Source: Vulcanimicrobiota bacterium
Lineage (GTDB): Bacteria > Vulcanimicrobiota > Vulcanimicrobiia > Vulcanimicrobiales > Vulcanimicrobiaceae
DNA length: 64,000 bases
Assembly: GCA_963733295.1 (NCBI GenBank)
Contig: CAVTCS010000003.1
Coordinates: forward strand, 1,440,001 to 1,504,000
Direction: 5' to 3'
Under the pieces are notes generated by a model. That model had not been told where the DNA came from, made no database searches, and saw only the letters and a program-made list of their open reading frames with translations. Numbering within the stretch: position 1 is the first letter of the stretch; the number at the start of each line of letters is the position of its first letter. Position numbers and translations under genes: made by a program. This document shows positions 8,595 through 17,079 of this stretch, in pieces.

Positions 8595-10195
8595 AGCGCC
8601 GCGAACATGTTCAGGGCGTCGGCGCGGACCGGATGCGGGCGCGCATCGATCAGGCGCATCCCGTCCTTGTTTTCGCCGGGAACTCCAAGCACGAAGACCG
8701 ATCGATCGAGCGGAACCTCCGGAAGCGAAACGGCTTGCGCGAGCGTACACTGAGCGCATTTCAAGTCCAGTCGCAGTGCGACGCCGGGCTTCAAGTACAG
8801 GCTCAAGTCTAGGATACTCGGCACGTAGTATGCGCTCGCGACGAGGGCATCCGGCGTGCCGTTGACGATCGCCGCGACCGCGGGACTTCGTTCGTAGTCT
8901 TTGTTCCACCACGTGCTGGCCTGAGAACTGATCAGGCACGAGACCGCCTCGCCGGCCAGAAGTGCTGCAAACGTGATTCTCCAGCGCCACTGCCCAGCGC
9001 CGGTCATGTTGCGTGCGAACAAAAAGGCGACGGCGAGCTGCAACCCGAGGAGGGCCGGGATGAAATATCTCGCTTGATAGACGAACGATCCGTGATAGAG
9101 CACGTCTCTTGCGACGAGAAGCAAGAGCGGGCAACACAGCGCTACGACGATGAAACCCCAGCGCTCGAACGGGCTGCGCCGAATCGCGAAATACAGAGCG
9201 TAAACGACCAGTACGACGCTGACGATCAAAAGGAGTGCGTTTGGCGCCGACGAGGCGAGCGGCCCGATGCGGAAGCTTCCGATATCGAAGAACACGCCGC
9301 GGACGTCCTTCAATAGAACGAGCGCGATTTGAGGCAGCGAGAGCTTCTCGGACGCGATCCCACCCATTCCGCGCCGCAGACTCGCGCTCGTCAACATGAC
9401 GGTCAGCCAGGGGACGAAGCTTATGCCGGCCGCGAAAACGGCGATCGCGTACGCGAGGATCGCCGCCCCTCCGAATTTTGCGCGCTCGCGGACCACGCGA
9501 ACGAAGAGGTAGAGTCCGTGGCCGAGGGCGACGAAGGCCGAGAGCGGGAAGACGTAGAGACTAACTGCGAACGACACCGCATAGAGCGTCCAAGCGACCG
9601 CGCCCCCAAGGCGGAGCGCGCGAAGGAACGCGACGCACATGAGCAGCGTCGTAACGGTCCATAGGCTATATTCGCGCGCCTCTTGCGAGTACAGAACGTA
9701 GAAGGGCGACAGTCCGAGCAGCATCGTGAAGGCCGCGGCGACGTCGAAAGCGCCGAACAATTCGCGCGCCAGCCAATAGGCGCAGGGAAGGACGAGGATC
9801 CCCATCAGCACCGCAATGCTGCGTATGGAAAGAACCGACGAGCCGAAAAATCTCACCCAGAGGTGCGCGAGCAGGTAATACAGGGGGGGATGCTGCGGAT
9901 CTTCGAGCGCGAGCGACCGGACTGTTGCCTGGAGTGAATCGCCCGCGGGGAGCGTGAAATACTGTTGCATCGTTTCCGCGTCGCGTATGCCCGGGGAGGC
10001 GAGCACGATCTCGCCTTCGGTATAGCCGAGCATGTGCATGGCCCCTAGCATCTCGTCTTCCCAGAACGTTTTCCGATCGATATTATAAAGCCTAAAAAAT
10101 ACGCCGGCCAATACGATGAGAGTCAGAGCGATAACGGCGCCGTTCCGAAGGTTTCCGCGCATTCGGCTGTTTGGATGGTACGCTACCGTTCGCAC
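8591..10195 (-). CDS. Membrane glycosyltransferase, GT39/PMT_2 (GT-C) family, paralogue 1
   Basis: FWEDE, EDPQHPPLYY and YSQEAREYSLW motifs; many transmembrane segments. Confidence 0.85.
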   Translation of the reverse strand: MRTVAYHPNSRMRGNLRNGAVIALTLIVLAGVFFRLYNIDRKTFWEDEMLGAMHMLGYTEGEIVLASPGIRDAETMQQYFTLPAGDSLQATVRSLALEDPQHPPLYYLLAHLWVRFFGSSVLSIRSIAVLMGILVLPCAYWLARELFGAFDVAAAFTMLLGLSPFYVLYSQEAREYSLWTVTTLLMCVAFLRALRLGGAVAWTLYAVSFAVSLYVFPLSAFVALGHGLYLFVRVVRERAKFGGAAILAYAIAVFAAGISFVPWLTVMLTSASLRRGMGGIASEKLSLPQIALVLLKDVRGVFFDIGSFRIGPLASSAPNALLLIVSVVLVVYALYFAIRRSPFERWGFIVVALCCPLLLLVARDVLYHGSFVYQARYFIPALLGLQLAVAFLFARNMTGAGQWRWRITFAALLAGEAVSCLISSQASTWWNKDYERSPAVAAIVNGTPDALVASAYYVPSILDLSLYLKPGVALRLDLKCAQCTLAQAVSLPEVPLDRSVFVLGVPGENKDGMRLIDARPHPVRADALNMFAAL

Positions 10196-10308
10196 ATCCT
10201 CTTCGGCCGCGCCCTTCCGCTTGCTCGACGATCGGTTCGCGCATCCAGATTCTTGACAGGCTTTTCAAACCTAGACGCGCATAGAGGCACCGGTCGGAGG
10301 TTGGCTGC

Positions 10309-11343
10309 ATGGGTCTGACTCTCGGTCGCGACGTTCTTCTGTTCTTTGAGGATCGCGATCGTGACACGTTGCTGCGGGGAGACCGGAAATTTCGGCGCGC
10401 CCTGCGCAAAAGCGTCGCCCTGCTGCGCCCGAATCGCCAGCGCGTTTCCGGTTTCGAGATGTCGTTCAGGTTGCTGCAGTTGGCCCTCGCCAAAATGGGT
10501 CAGCGAGTTCACGTCAACGATTTTGGACTGGCTCGCCGGAATCCGGAATTTCCGATCGGACTATGCGGCTACAGTCACGTTCTCGAGCATCGGAGCCTTC
10601 CGAACCCAGCTGTACTAGGTCCGGGCATCTTCGATCATCCGCTCCAAAACCTCGCTCTCTTCGAGGATCCGCGAAACGCGTCGTACCTCGTCCTCTGCGA
10701 TTGGATGGGCGACCTCTTTGCTCGCTGGTACGATCGCAGCCGGCTCTTTCTGTGGTTCGGCGGAATCGACGTCGCGCATTGGCCTGAGGGCCGCCGGCAT
10801 AAAGACATCGACGTGCTGGTTTACGACAAGATTCGCTGGAACCGCGATACGCTCGTCCCCAGCCTGCGCGAACCGTTGCTCGACGAACTGCGCCACCGCG
10901 GATTGGCCTTTCAAACGATAACCTACGGCCACTACACGCTCGGCACGTACAAGAAGCTTCTGGAACGAAGCAAATCGATGCTCTTCCTGTGCGAACACGA
11001 AACACAGGGCATGGCATACCAGGAAGCGCTTGCGAGCAACGTCCCGGTGCTCGCTTGGGACCAAGGTTCTTGGCTCGATCCGAATCGCGGAAAGTGGGAG
11101 CCGGATGAAATTCCCGCGAGTTCGGTGCCGTACTTCTCCCCGCAGTGCGGCGCGCGCTTCACCGATTCAAACGACTTCCCGGGCGCGCTCGAGCGCTTCC
11201 TAGCGCGACAAGATACCTACGAGCCACGCGCGTGGGTCGCTGAAAACCTCTCACCGCTCACATCGGGAGAGCTCTATCTGCGCGCATACTACCACGCGGC
11301 AGCGAATCTCGCTCCGCATATTCGCGAGCCGATTCGAGCCTGA
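10309..11343 (+). CDS. Glycosyltransferase (GT4/GT-B-like)
   Basis: C-terminal FLCEHETQGMAYQEALASNVPVLAWD matches the E-x7-E motif. Confidence 0.75.
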   Translation: MGLTLGRDVLLFFEDRDRDTLLRGDRKFRRALRKSVALLRPNRQRVSGFEMSFRLLQLALAKMGQRVHVNDFGLARRNPEFPIGLCGYSHVLEHRSLPNPAVLGPGIFDHPLQNLALFEDPRNASYLVLCDWMGDLFARWYDRSRLFLWFGGIDVAHWPEGRRHKDIDVLVYDKIRWNRDTLVPSLREPLLDELRHRGLAFQTITYGHYTLGTYKKLLERSKSMLFLCEHETQGMAYQEALASNVPVLAWDQGSWLDPNRGKWEPDEIPASSVPYFSPQCGARFTDSNDFPGALERFLARQDTYEPRAWVAENLSPLTSGELYLRAYYHAAANLAPHIREPIRA

Positions 11344-11604
11344 GGATGAGCGGGAGCTGCAGCGCCTCGGGGAGTGCAAGTGAGCGTGCGGGTGCCAAGA
11401 GATTCCTCGAGCCAGCGACGCGTCGTTCCCGAGCATCCGGCAGTTCGGTCGCCCCGCCGGTGGAATCCGATCCTCTCCCCATTCGGGCCGCACGAACCCC
11501 CAAGTTTGGTGTATTGTCACGCCGGCAATCCGCACGGTATAGTCGATGAGTCCAGACACTCACAAGGGGCCACGCACGCCTTTTCCCGCGTAACCAGGAG
11601 AGAC

Positions 11605-12468
11605 ATGATAGGCAACTTTCCTCGCTCCCGTCAGGACCTGATCGTCAAAGAACTCGAAAACGAGTTACTCATCTACGACGAGAAATCGAAGAAAGCGCTC
11701 TGTTTGAACGCGAGTTCCGCGCTCATCTGGAAGATGTGTGACGGCGTCACAGCTGTCGCAGAAATCTCTGAGCGCACCGCTCGGTCGCTCGGCATGCCGC
11801 TCGACGACACGTTCGTGTCGTTCGCTCTGGAGCGTTTCCGCGCCGACGATTTGCTCGAGCCGGGTTTCCACGCTCCGGCCGAAACTGCAGCGATAACCCG
11901 CGCACAGGTGATGCGACGCATCGGCCGCGCGGGCGTCGCCGCGGCGGTCGCAGTCCCGCTCGTGACGGCCATCATGGCGCCGACTCCCGCGAAGGCGTAT
12001 GGTATCGAGCCGCCAACCAGCGGTTGCGTGCTCTACTCGACGGAGATCTTGCGCGCCGACGGGACTCTCGCGGCAGCGCACGATATCGCGGAAAGCGATT
12101 TGCTTTTCGGCGTGCGCGCCGATACCGGTGAATTCGTTCCGGGAACGGTGGCATCAGTACGGCAAGTGACGGCCCCAGGCTTCTACACGTTCGTGGCCCA
12201 GAGCGGCGACGTCGTCAGTTGCAGCCCGACGCACACCCTCATCCGCGGTTTCGGCGACTACCAAGGGACCCAGGCGCTCGAACTGAAGATGGGCGACCCG
12301 CTCTTGGTACACGATGCGCGAACCGGCCGAGCCGTCGAGTCCCCGATCGTGACCGCGAGTTACAGCAAAGTGCCGCAACCCGTATTGCTCTTCGAAATGG
12401 ATACGGACGAGCACACGTACTTCGCGGGTGGAATCGTCTCGCACAACAAGCGGCAACGTTCATTTTAG
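11605..12468 (+). CDS. PqqD/RRE domain + twin-Arg-like leader + short core peptide + Hint (bacterial intein-like) domain fusion protein, 287 aa
   Basis: AGGAG RBS at 11596-11600 and ATG at 11605. Residues 1-86 are PqqD-like (ELLIYDE, CLNASSALIWKMCDG, ALERFRADDLL). Residues 97-131 are ITRAQVMRRIGRAGVAAAVAVPLVTAIMAPTPAKA. Residues 141-281 are a Hint domain. Confidence 0.85.
   Translation: MIGNFPRSRQDLIVKELENELLIYDEKSKKALCLNASSALIWKMCDGVTAVAEISERTARSLGMPLDDTFVSFALERFRADDLLEPGFHAPAETAAITRAQVMRRIGRAGVAAAVAVPLVTAIMAPTPAKAYGIEPPTSGCVLYSTEILRADGTLAAAHDIAESDLLFGVRADTGEFVPGTVASVRQVTAPGFYTFVAQSGDVVSCSPTHTLIRGFGDYQGTQALELKMGDPLLVHDARTGRAVESPIVTASYSKVPQPVLLFEMDTDEHTYFAGGIVSHNKRQRSF
12025..12447 (+). other. 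Hint/intein-like autoprocessing domain (141 aa, no endonuclease)
   Basis: Block A CVLYSTEILRADG, block B CSPTH, LKMGD, and blocks F/G HTYFAGGIVSHN. The +1 residue is Lys. Confidence 0.85.
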
Positions 12469-12482
12469 GCGGGGCGACCGGC

Positions 12483-13270
12483 CTGGGATCGGAACGACTG
12501 TCTCTCGTGGCGCATGGCGTACGGGTCGAAATCGTCGCGAACGAGCAGCACGTGCTCGAGCGCGCGGCAAGCTTGTTGCCTATCGGCTCGCAGCCGGTGG
12601 ACCTTTCCGAGGTCGACGCATCGTACCGCTTCTCCGAGGACCCGTCGGGTGCGGGGCATGTCTTGACGCATCGACGGCGAACGGATTGCCGGGCCCGGTG
12701 CGTTGGATCGGGTGCTCGAAAGCTTCGAGCCGCATCTTACCGTGCGCATCGCCGAGCGCGCGCCGCAGCATGTCTTCGTGCATGCAGGGGTGGTGGGCTG
12801 GCGAGGCCGGGCCATCTTGCTTCCTGGATACAGTTTCGCCGGTAAGACCACGCTCGTTGCCGAGCTCGTTCGCGCCGGCGCGTTATACTACTCGGATGAA
12901 TACGCCGTGCTGGACCGTGAGGGTCGCGTGCATCCCTATCCGCGCGCGTTACAGATGCGCAAACCGGGTGAACGCACCCAGACGCGGCTTGCGGTGAACG
13001 AGTTGGGTGGTACGATCGGGCGCGAGCCGCTGACGGTCGGCCTCATTGCTTTCTGCAGATACAAGAGCGGAGCCCGGTGGCGGCCCCGTAGACTCACTCC
13101 GGGCCGCGCCGTGCTCGAGATGTTTGGATATACGATGTCCGCACGATACGCGCCCGAAACCGCCTTGAGCACGCTGCAGCGCGCCGTCGCGGGAGCGACA
13201 CTTCTTGAAAGGGACTCGCGGCGAAGCGGCCCAGATCATCGATTTCATCTCGGGATCGTTCGATGCCTGA
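12483..13270 (+). CDS. HPr-kinase-like P-loop kinase, split over three frames by two apparent +1 frameshifts (pseudogene or sequencing error)
   Basis: FVHAGVVGWRGRAILLPGYSFAGKTTLVAELVRAGALYYSDEYAVLD. The N-terminal part (LSLVAHGVRVEI) and C-terminal part (LKGTRGEA...DA*) lie in other frames. Start is uncertain (CTG 12483 or GTG 12507). Confidence 0.7.
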
Positions 13271-14351
13271 AGTGCGGTTCGCCGAACTGCGTCCAGCCGC
13301 CGAAGCGATCGCGGCGGTGCTGGCCGGGTCCTGGCGCTCCTCGCCGCCGCCTCTCCTCGTCTCGGCCGAAAGTCTTGACGAAGCCTTGCCGCTCCTCGCT
13401 CAAACGAACGCGGCAGCGCTCGCCTGGTGGCGCCTTCGCGACACCGATTTTGCGTCGCTCGCCGGCGCCGAAGCGCTACACGACGCGTACCGCTATGCCG
13501 CATTGCGGGCGCAGCTTCAGGAGTCGCGTCTGATTTCGGTCTTCGAAACGCTGCGTTCCGTTTCCGTCGAACCGATTCTCCTCAAGGGATGGGACATCGC
13601 GCGACTCTATCCGCAATGCGCCCCGCGACCTTACGAAGACATCGACCTGATCGTGCCTCCCGAGGAGTTGGAGCTCGCACAAACCACGCTTCGCTCGAAC
13701 GAGGGGACCGGCGCAATCGTCGACTTCGTTCACGCGGAAATCTCCGTTTTCGACAGCGGCGACTGGAGCGGACTCTACGCTCGCAGTCGGATCGTCGGCC
13801 TCGCGGGCAGCGTCGTCCGCGTGCTCTCTCCCGAGGATCACCTTCGAGCGATCTGTCTCCATGGGCTCAAGCACTGCTTTTCGAACCCTCTCTGGTTGAG
13901 CGACATTGGCGTCAGCGTCGAAGCGGCGACTCGGGAGTTCGATTGGGCAAGATGCTTCGGCCAGAGACAACCGCAGAAGCAATGGATCGGCTGCGCGATC
14001 GGTCTGGCGCGCGACTTGCTTGGATGCGAGGTGCCGGCGGAAGGTGCCCAACGCATCGAACCGCTACCCCGTTGGCTGGTTCCGGTCGTTTTGGAGACGT
14101 GGATTCGTTGGGCTATCGCCGGCCCCGACGAACGCTGGGCCCTCCGCGAAATCTTCGATCGTCCGACTGATGCCTTGAACGTCGTCGCCCGGCGTTGGCC
14201 CAACCAACTCGTCGTCGCGCTCAAGCGCCGGTCGCGTTTGAGCGACGACCCGCCCTGGCTGCAAAGACTCTACGCGCTCGCCTATCTTTTCGAACCGAAA
14301 CGCGTCGTAGAGGCTCTTTTGCGGAACGCGCCTCAACGGTCGACGCCCTAA
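13263..14351 (+). CDS. Nucleotidyltransferase family protein (NTP_transf_5-like)
   Basis: PILLKG...RLYP...RPYEDIDLIV, LSPEDHL...CLH and LWLSDI. Confidence 0.82.
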   Translation: MPEVRFAELRPAAEAIAAVLAGSWRSSPPPLLVSAESLDEALPLLAQTNAAALAWWRLRDTDFASLAGAEALHDAYRYAALRAQLQESRLISVFETLRSVSVEPILLKGWDIARLYPQCAPRPYEDIDLIVPPEELELAQTTLRSNEGTGAIVDFVHAEISVFDSGDWSGLYARSRIVGLAGSVVRVLSPEDHLRAICLHGLKHCFSNPLWLSDIGVSVEAATREFDWARCFGQRQPQKQWIGCAIGLARDLLGCEVPAEGAQRIEPLPRWLVPVVLETWIRWAIAGPDERWALREIFDRPTDALNVVARRWPNQLVVALKRRSRLSDDPPWLQRLYALAYLFEPKRVVEALLRNAPQRSTP

Positions 14352-15076
14352 TGCCGCTGGATTTTCAGAGCCGTACTCAGGAGCGCGAATCGCCGCCCGG
14401 CGGACGAAAAGCAGGCGCGCCGCTTTTCGCCCGCATTGCCGACCATCGCGATCCTCACTCGCTCGCCGCTCGACTGCGCGCGCGAAGACTGCTCTTCTTT
14501 TCCGACCTGCTGGCACGGCTGCCGCACCCGGTTACGATACTCGACGTGGGCGGCACTTCGGACTTTTGGAGAAACTTGGAGCTTGCGAAAGATGGCGTCA
14601 AGGTCATCATTCTCAACGTGAAGATCGAGCCTAGCGACGATCCGCGTTTCGAGAGCCGAGTCGGCGACGCGCGAGACCTCAGCGCTTTCGCGAATAAAAG
14701 CGTCGACGTCGTCTATTCAAATTCGGTTATCGAGCACGTCGGTACGTTCGAAGACCAGCGCAAAATGGCGGCCGAGGTGCGCCGCGTGGCCAAGCGCTAC
14801 TTCATCCAGACGCCGAATGCGTGGTTTCCCATCGAACCGCACTTCTTGTTCCCGGGTTTTCAGTTCATGCCGCTCGCCGTCCGCACGTTTCTCTTGACCC
14901 GGTTCAGGCTGGGCTGGCTACCGCGCGAACGCGACCGAGCACGCGCCAGGGAGATCGTCGCTTCGGTGCGTTTGCTCGACGCGCGGCAAATGCGCAGCTT
15001 GTTTCCGGAAGCGGCAATCCACCGCGAGCGCTTTCTCGGCCTCTCCAAGAGCCTCACCGCATACTCCGGATGGTGA
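14351..15076 (+). CDS. Class I SAM-dependent methyltransferase
   Basis: ILDVGGT, GDARDL, DVVYSNSVIEHVG and QTPNAWFPIEPH. ATG overlaps the upstream TAA. Confidence 0.85.
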   Translation: MPLDFQSRTQERESPPGGRKAGAPLFARIADHRDPHSLAARLRARRLLFFSDLLARLPHPVTILDVGGTSDFWRNLELAKDGVKVIILNVKIEPSDDPRFESRVGDARDLSAFANKSVDVVYSNSVIEHVGTFEDQRKMAAEVRRVAKRYFIQTPNAWFPIEPHFLFPGFQFMPLAVRTFLLTRFRLGWLPRERDRARAREIVASVRLLDARQMRSLFPEAAIHRERFLGLSKSLTAYSGW

Positions 15077-15341
15077 ACCCGGCCGCCCTCCAATAACTGC
15101 CGTCCCAGAGTTCCTGGAGGATGGCGTCACGGCGCACCCGGAACTCCGGTGGATGGCCCGCGAGACGAACGCCTGTTTCCACGACCCGGGAAAGGGGAGC
15201 CGGCGGCTCGTCGGAATCGGAAATCGTCGCTGTTTTCACCGAACCGGACCAGCGAGCAGATGCAAGCTGACCGGCAAGCGGATTCCGAGGTATTAAGGTA
15301 AGCTGCTAGAGTTCTTCGGGCTCGTCCCCGGCGCGAACGCC

Positions 15342-16121
15342 ATGCGCGGGAGGTTCAGGATAGCGCGCCGGGGCGTCGCGCTCCGCTGCGCCATCGCGTT
15401 CGGCGCGCTGGCCCAGCTCGTGCCGGCGGTCGCCGGCGCTCAGGAGTCGTATCGGCTCGCTCTCGAGCCCTCGACTGCGCCGGTGGTTCCGCGCTACGTG
15501 CCGTTCGTTCTTCTCCTTGTGCTCGAGGTAGTCGCCATCCTCACGGCGGTGCTCGTCTTGAGCCGCCGGCCGGCTTCACCCGGTGCGCCCCTTCTGTGCT
15601 CGCGCTGCGCGCGGTTGCACGCGCGGACCGAAGCGTTCGCGCGGGTAGCGGACGCTGCGGCCGTCGGCGCCCTGGCGTTCCTCGTCGCGCTACCGTTTGT
15701 CGCGGCTGGCTATGAGACCGGGTTCACCCTACCGGGCACGGTGTTGGCCATTTCGGCCGTCGTGGCCGTCGTCGCCCTGGCCGCCGAAGCCGACTTCCTC
15801 GTACGCGCTCTTGCCGCGCGCCTTTTGCCGCAGTTCACGTGGAGCGCCGAACCGGGCCGCATCATCGGCGGCGGTGCGCGCTGGCTCGGGGTGATCTTCG
15901 CGCTGTATCTCTTCGAACCGCGCAGCGCCGGAATCGCCGCACTCTTCGGAGGCGTCGGCCGGCGGCTCATGCTGGACCTCACGTCCACTTGGACGATTTT
16001 CGCCGCCGCGGCGATCCTCGTTTTCACGCTGATCGTCGCACTGTTGACCCGGTGGCTCGCGCCGCTCATATTCGGCAGCCTACCGCTCACCGCTCGCAAG
16101 CCGCACGGAACTTCGGCGTGA
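15342..16121 (+). CDS. Hypothetical multi-pass membrane protein
   Basis: Several hydrophobic helices; its stop overlaps the moxR start (GTGA). Confidence 0.6.
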   Translation: MRGRFRIARRGVALRCAIAFGALAQLVPAVAGAQESYRLALEPSTAPVVPRYVPFVLLLVLEVVAILTAVLVLSRRPASPGAPLLCSRCARLHARTEAFARVADAAAVGALAFLVALPFVAAGYETGFTLPGTVLAISAVVAVVALAAEADFLVRALAARLLPQFTWSAEPGRIIGGGARWLGVIFALYLFEPRSAGIAALFGGVGRRLMLDLTSTWTIFAAAAILVFTLIVALLTRWLAPLIFGSLPLTARKPHGTSA

Positions 16122-17068
16122 CTCGCGACAGCACGTTCGAGGCCGCGTACGCCGACATCGAAGGTCTCATCGCGAACATCGAACGCGTCTTCGTGGGCAA
16201 GCGTGAGGTCGTCAGGCTTGTGGTCGCTGCGCTCCTTTCGCGCGGCCACGTGCTCCTCGAAGATCGCCCGGGCGTTGGAAAGACGATGCTCGCACGGACG
16301 CTGGCGCGTTCGATCTCTTGCGAATTCAAACGCGTGCAATGCACCCCGGACCTGCTCCCCGTCGACATCACCGGCTACGTCGACCCGCGCAAGGAAGCGT
16401 TCGTCCCGGGTGCGGTGTTTGCAAACATCGTGCTCGCGGACGAGCTCAATCGAGCGATGCCCCGCACGCAAAGCGCGCTGTTGGAAGCGATGGGCGAGGC
16501 GCAGGTCACCGTCGATGGTCGCTCCTATCCGCTCCCCGATCCCTTCATCGTCATCGCGACGCAGAATCCCATCGAACACTCCGGCGTGAACGATTTGCCC
16601 GAGGCGCAACTCGACCGTTTCCAGCTCCTGCTGTCGCCGGGCTACCCCGACGAAGACGAAGAGGTCGAAATCCTTCGCGACAGAATGGTCGAAGATCCGC
16701 TGACCAGCGTGGAGGCGGTGCTCACGATCGACCGCGTGCGCGAACTGATGGCACTCGTAACCCGCGTTACCGTCGACGAGCGGCTGCTGCGTTACATCAT
16801 CGCCGCGGTACGGCAGAGCCGCCTTTCCGACGAGCTCGCCCTCGGCGCGAGCCCGCGCGCCGCTCTCCAGTTGATGCAGCTCGCGCGCGCTTACGCGCTC
16901 GTTCAGGGGCGCGGCTACGTGATTCCCGACGACGTCAAAGCGCTCTTCGTCTACGCCCTGCCACACCGGCTGATCCCCAAGGTCATGCCCGAATCGCTCA
17001 TAAGCATGACCGAATGGAAGACGCGGATTGTGAAGCGGTTCGTCGACACCGTTGACTTGCCGAGCTGA
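16118..17068 (+). CDS. moxR: MoxR-family AAA+ ATPase
   Basis: GHVLLEDRPGVGKT, RVQCTPDLLPVDITG, ADELNRAMPRTQSALLEAM, ATQNP, LPEAQLDRF and GASPRA. Confidence 0.93.
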   Translation: MTRDSTFEAAYADIEGLIANIERVFVGKREVVRLVVAALLSRGHVLLEDRPGVGKTMLARTLARSISCEFKRVQCTPDLLPVDITGYVDPRKEAFVPGAVFANIVLADELNRAMPRTQSALLEAMGEAQVTVDGRSYPLPDPFIVIATQNPIEHSGVNDLPEAQLDRFQLLLSPGYPDEDEEVEILRDRMVEDPLTSVEAVLTIDRVRELMALVTRVTVDERLLRYIIAAVRQSRLSDELALGASPRAALQLMQLARAYALVQGRGYVIPDDVKALFVYALPHRLIPKVMPESLISMTEWKTRIVKRFVDTVDLPS

Positions 17069-17079
17069 ACGCCGGACGC

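Noticed and set aside
11374..11604. 77-aa N-terminal extension of the RRE-Hint ORF in the ORF track
   Set aside because: A strong AGGAG RBS and ATG at 11605 coincide with the start of the PqqD-like domain. The upstream part looks like promoter DNA.
11605..11862. PQQ biosynthesis gene pqqD
   Set aside because: No pqqA, B, C or E genes are nearby. The domain is better read as a generic RRE.
11893..12024. Lasso peptide precursor
   Set aside because: There is no Thr at -2 of a plausible core start, no Asp/Glu at core position 7-9, and no lasso cyclase or B2 protease in the window.
12025..12447. Classical selfish intein or homing element
   Set aside because: There is no endonuclease domain, the +1 residue is Lys rather than Cys/Ser/Thr, the C-extein is only 6 aa, and the host is not a conserved housekeeping protein. 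It fits a bacterial intein-like Hint domain better.
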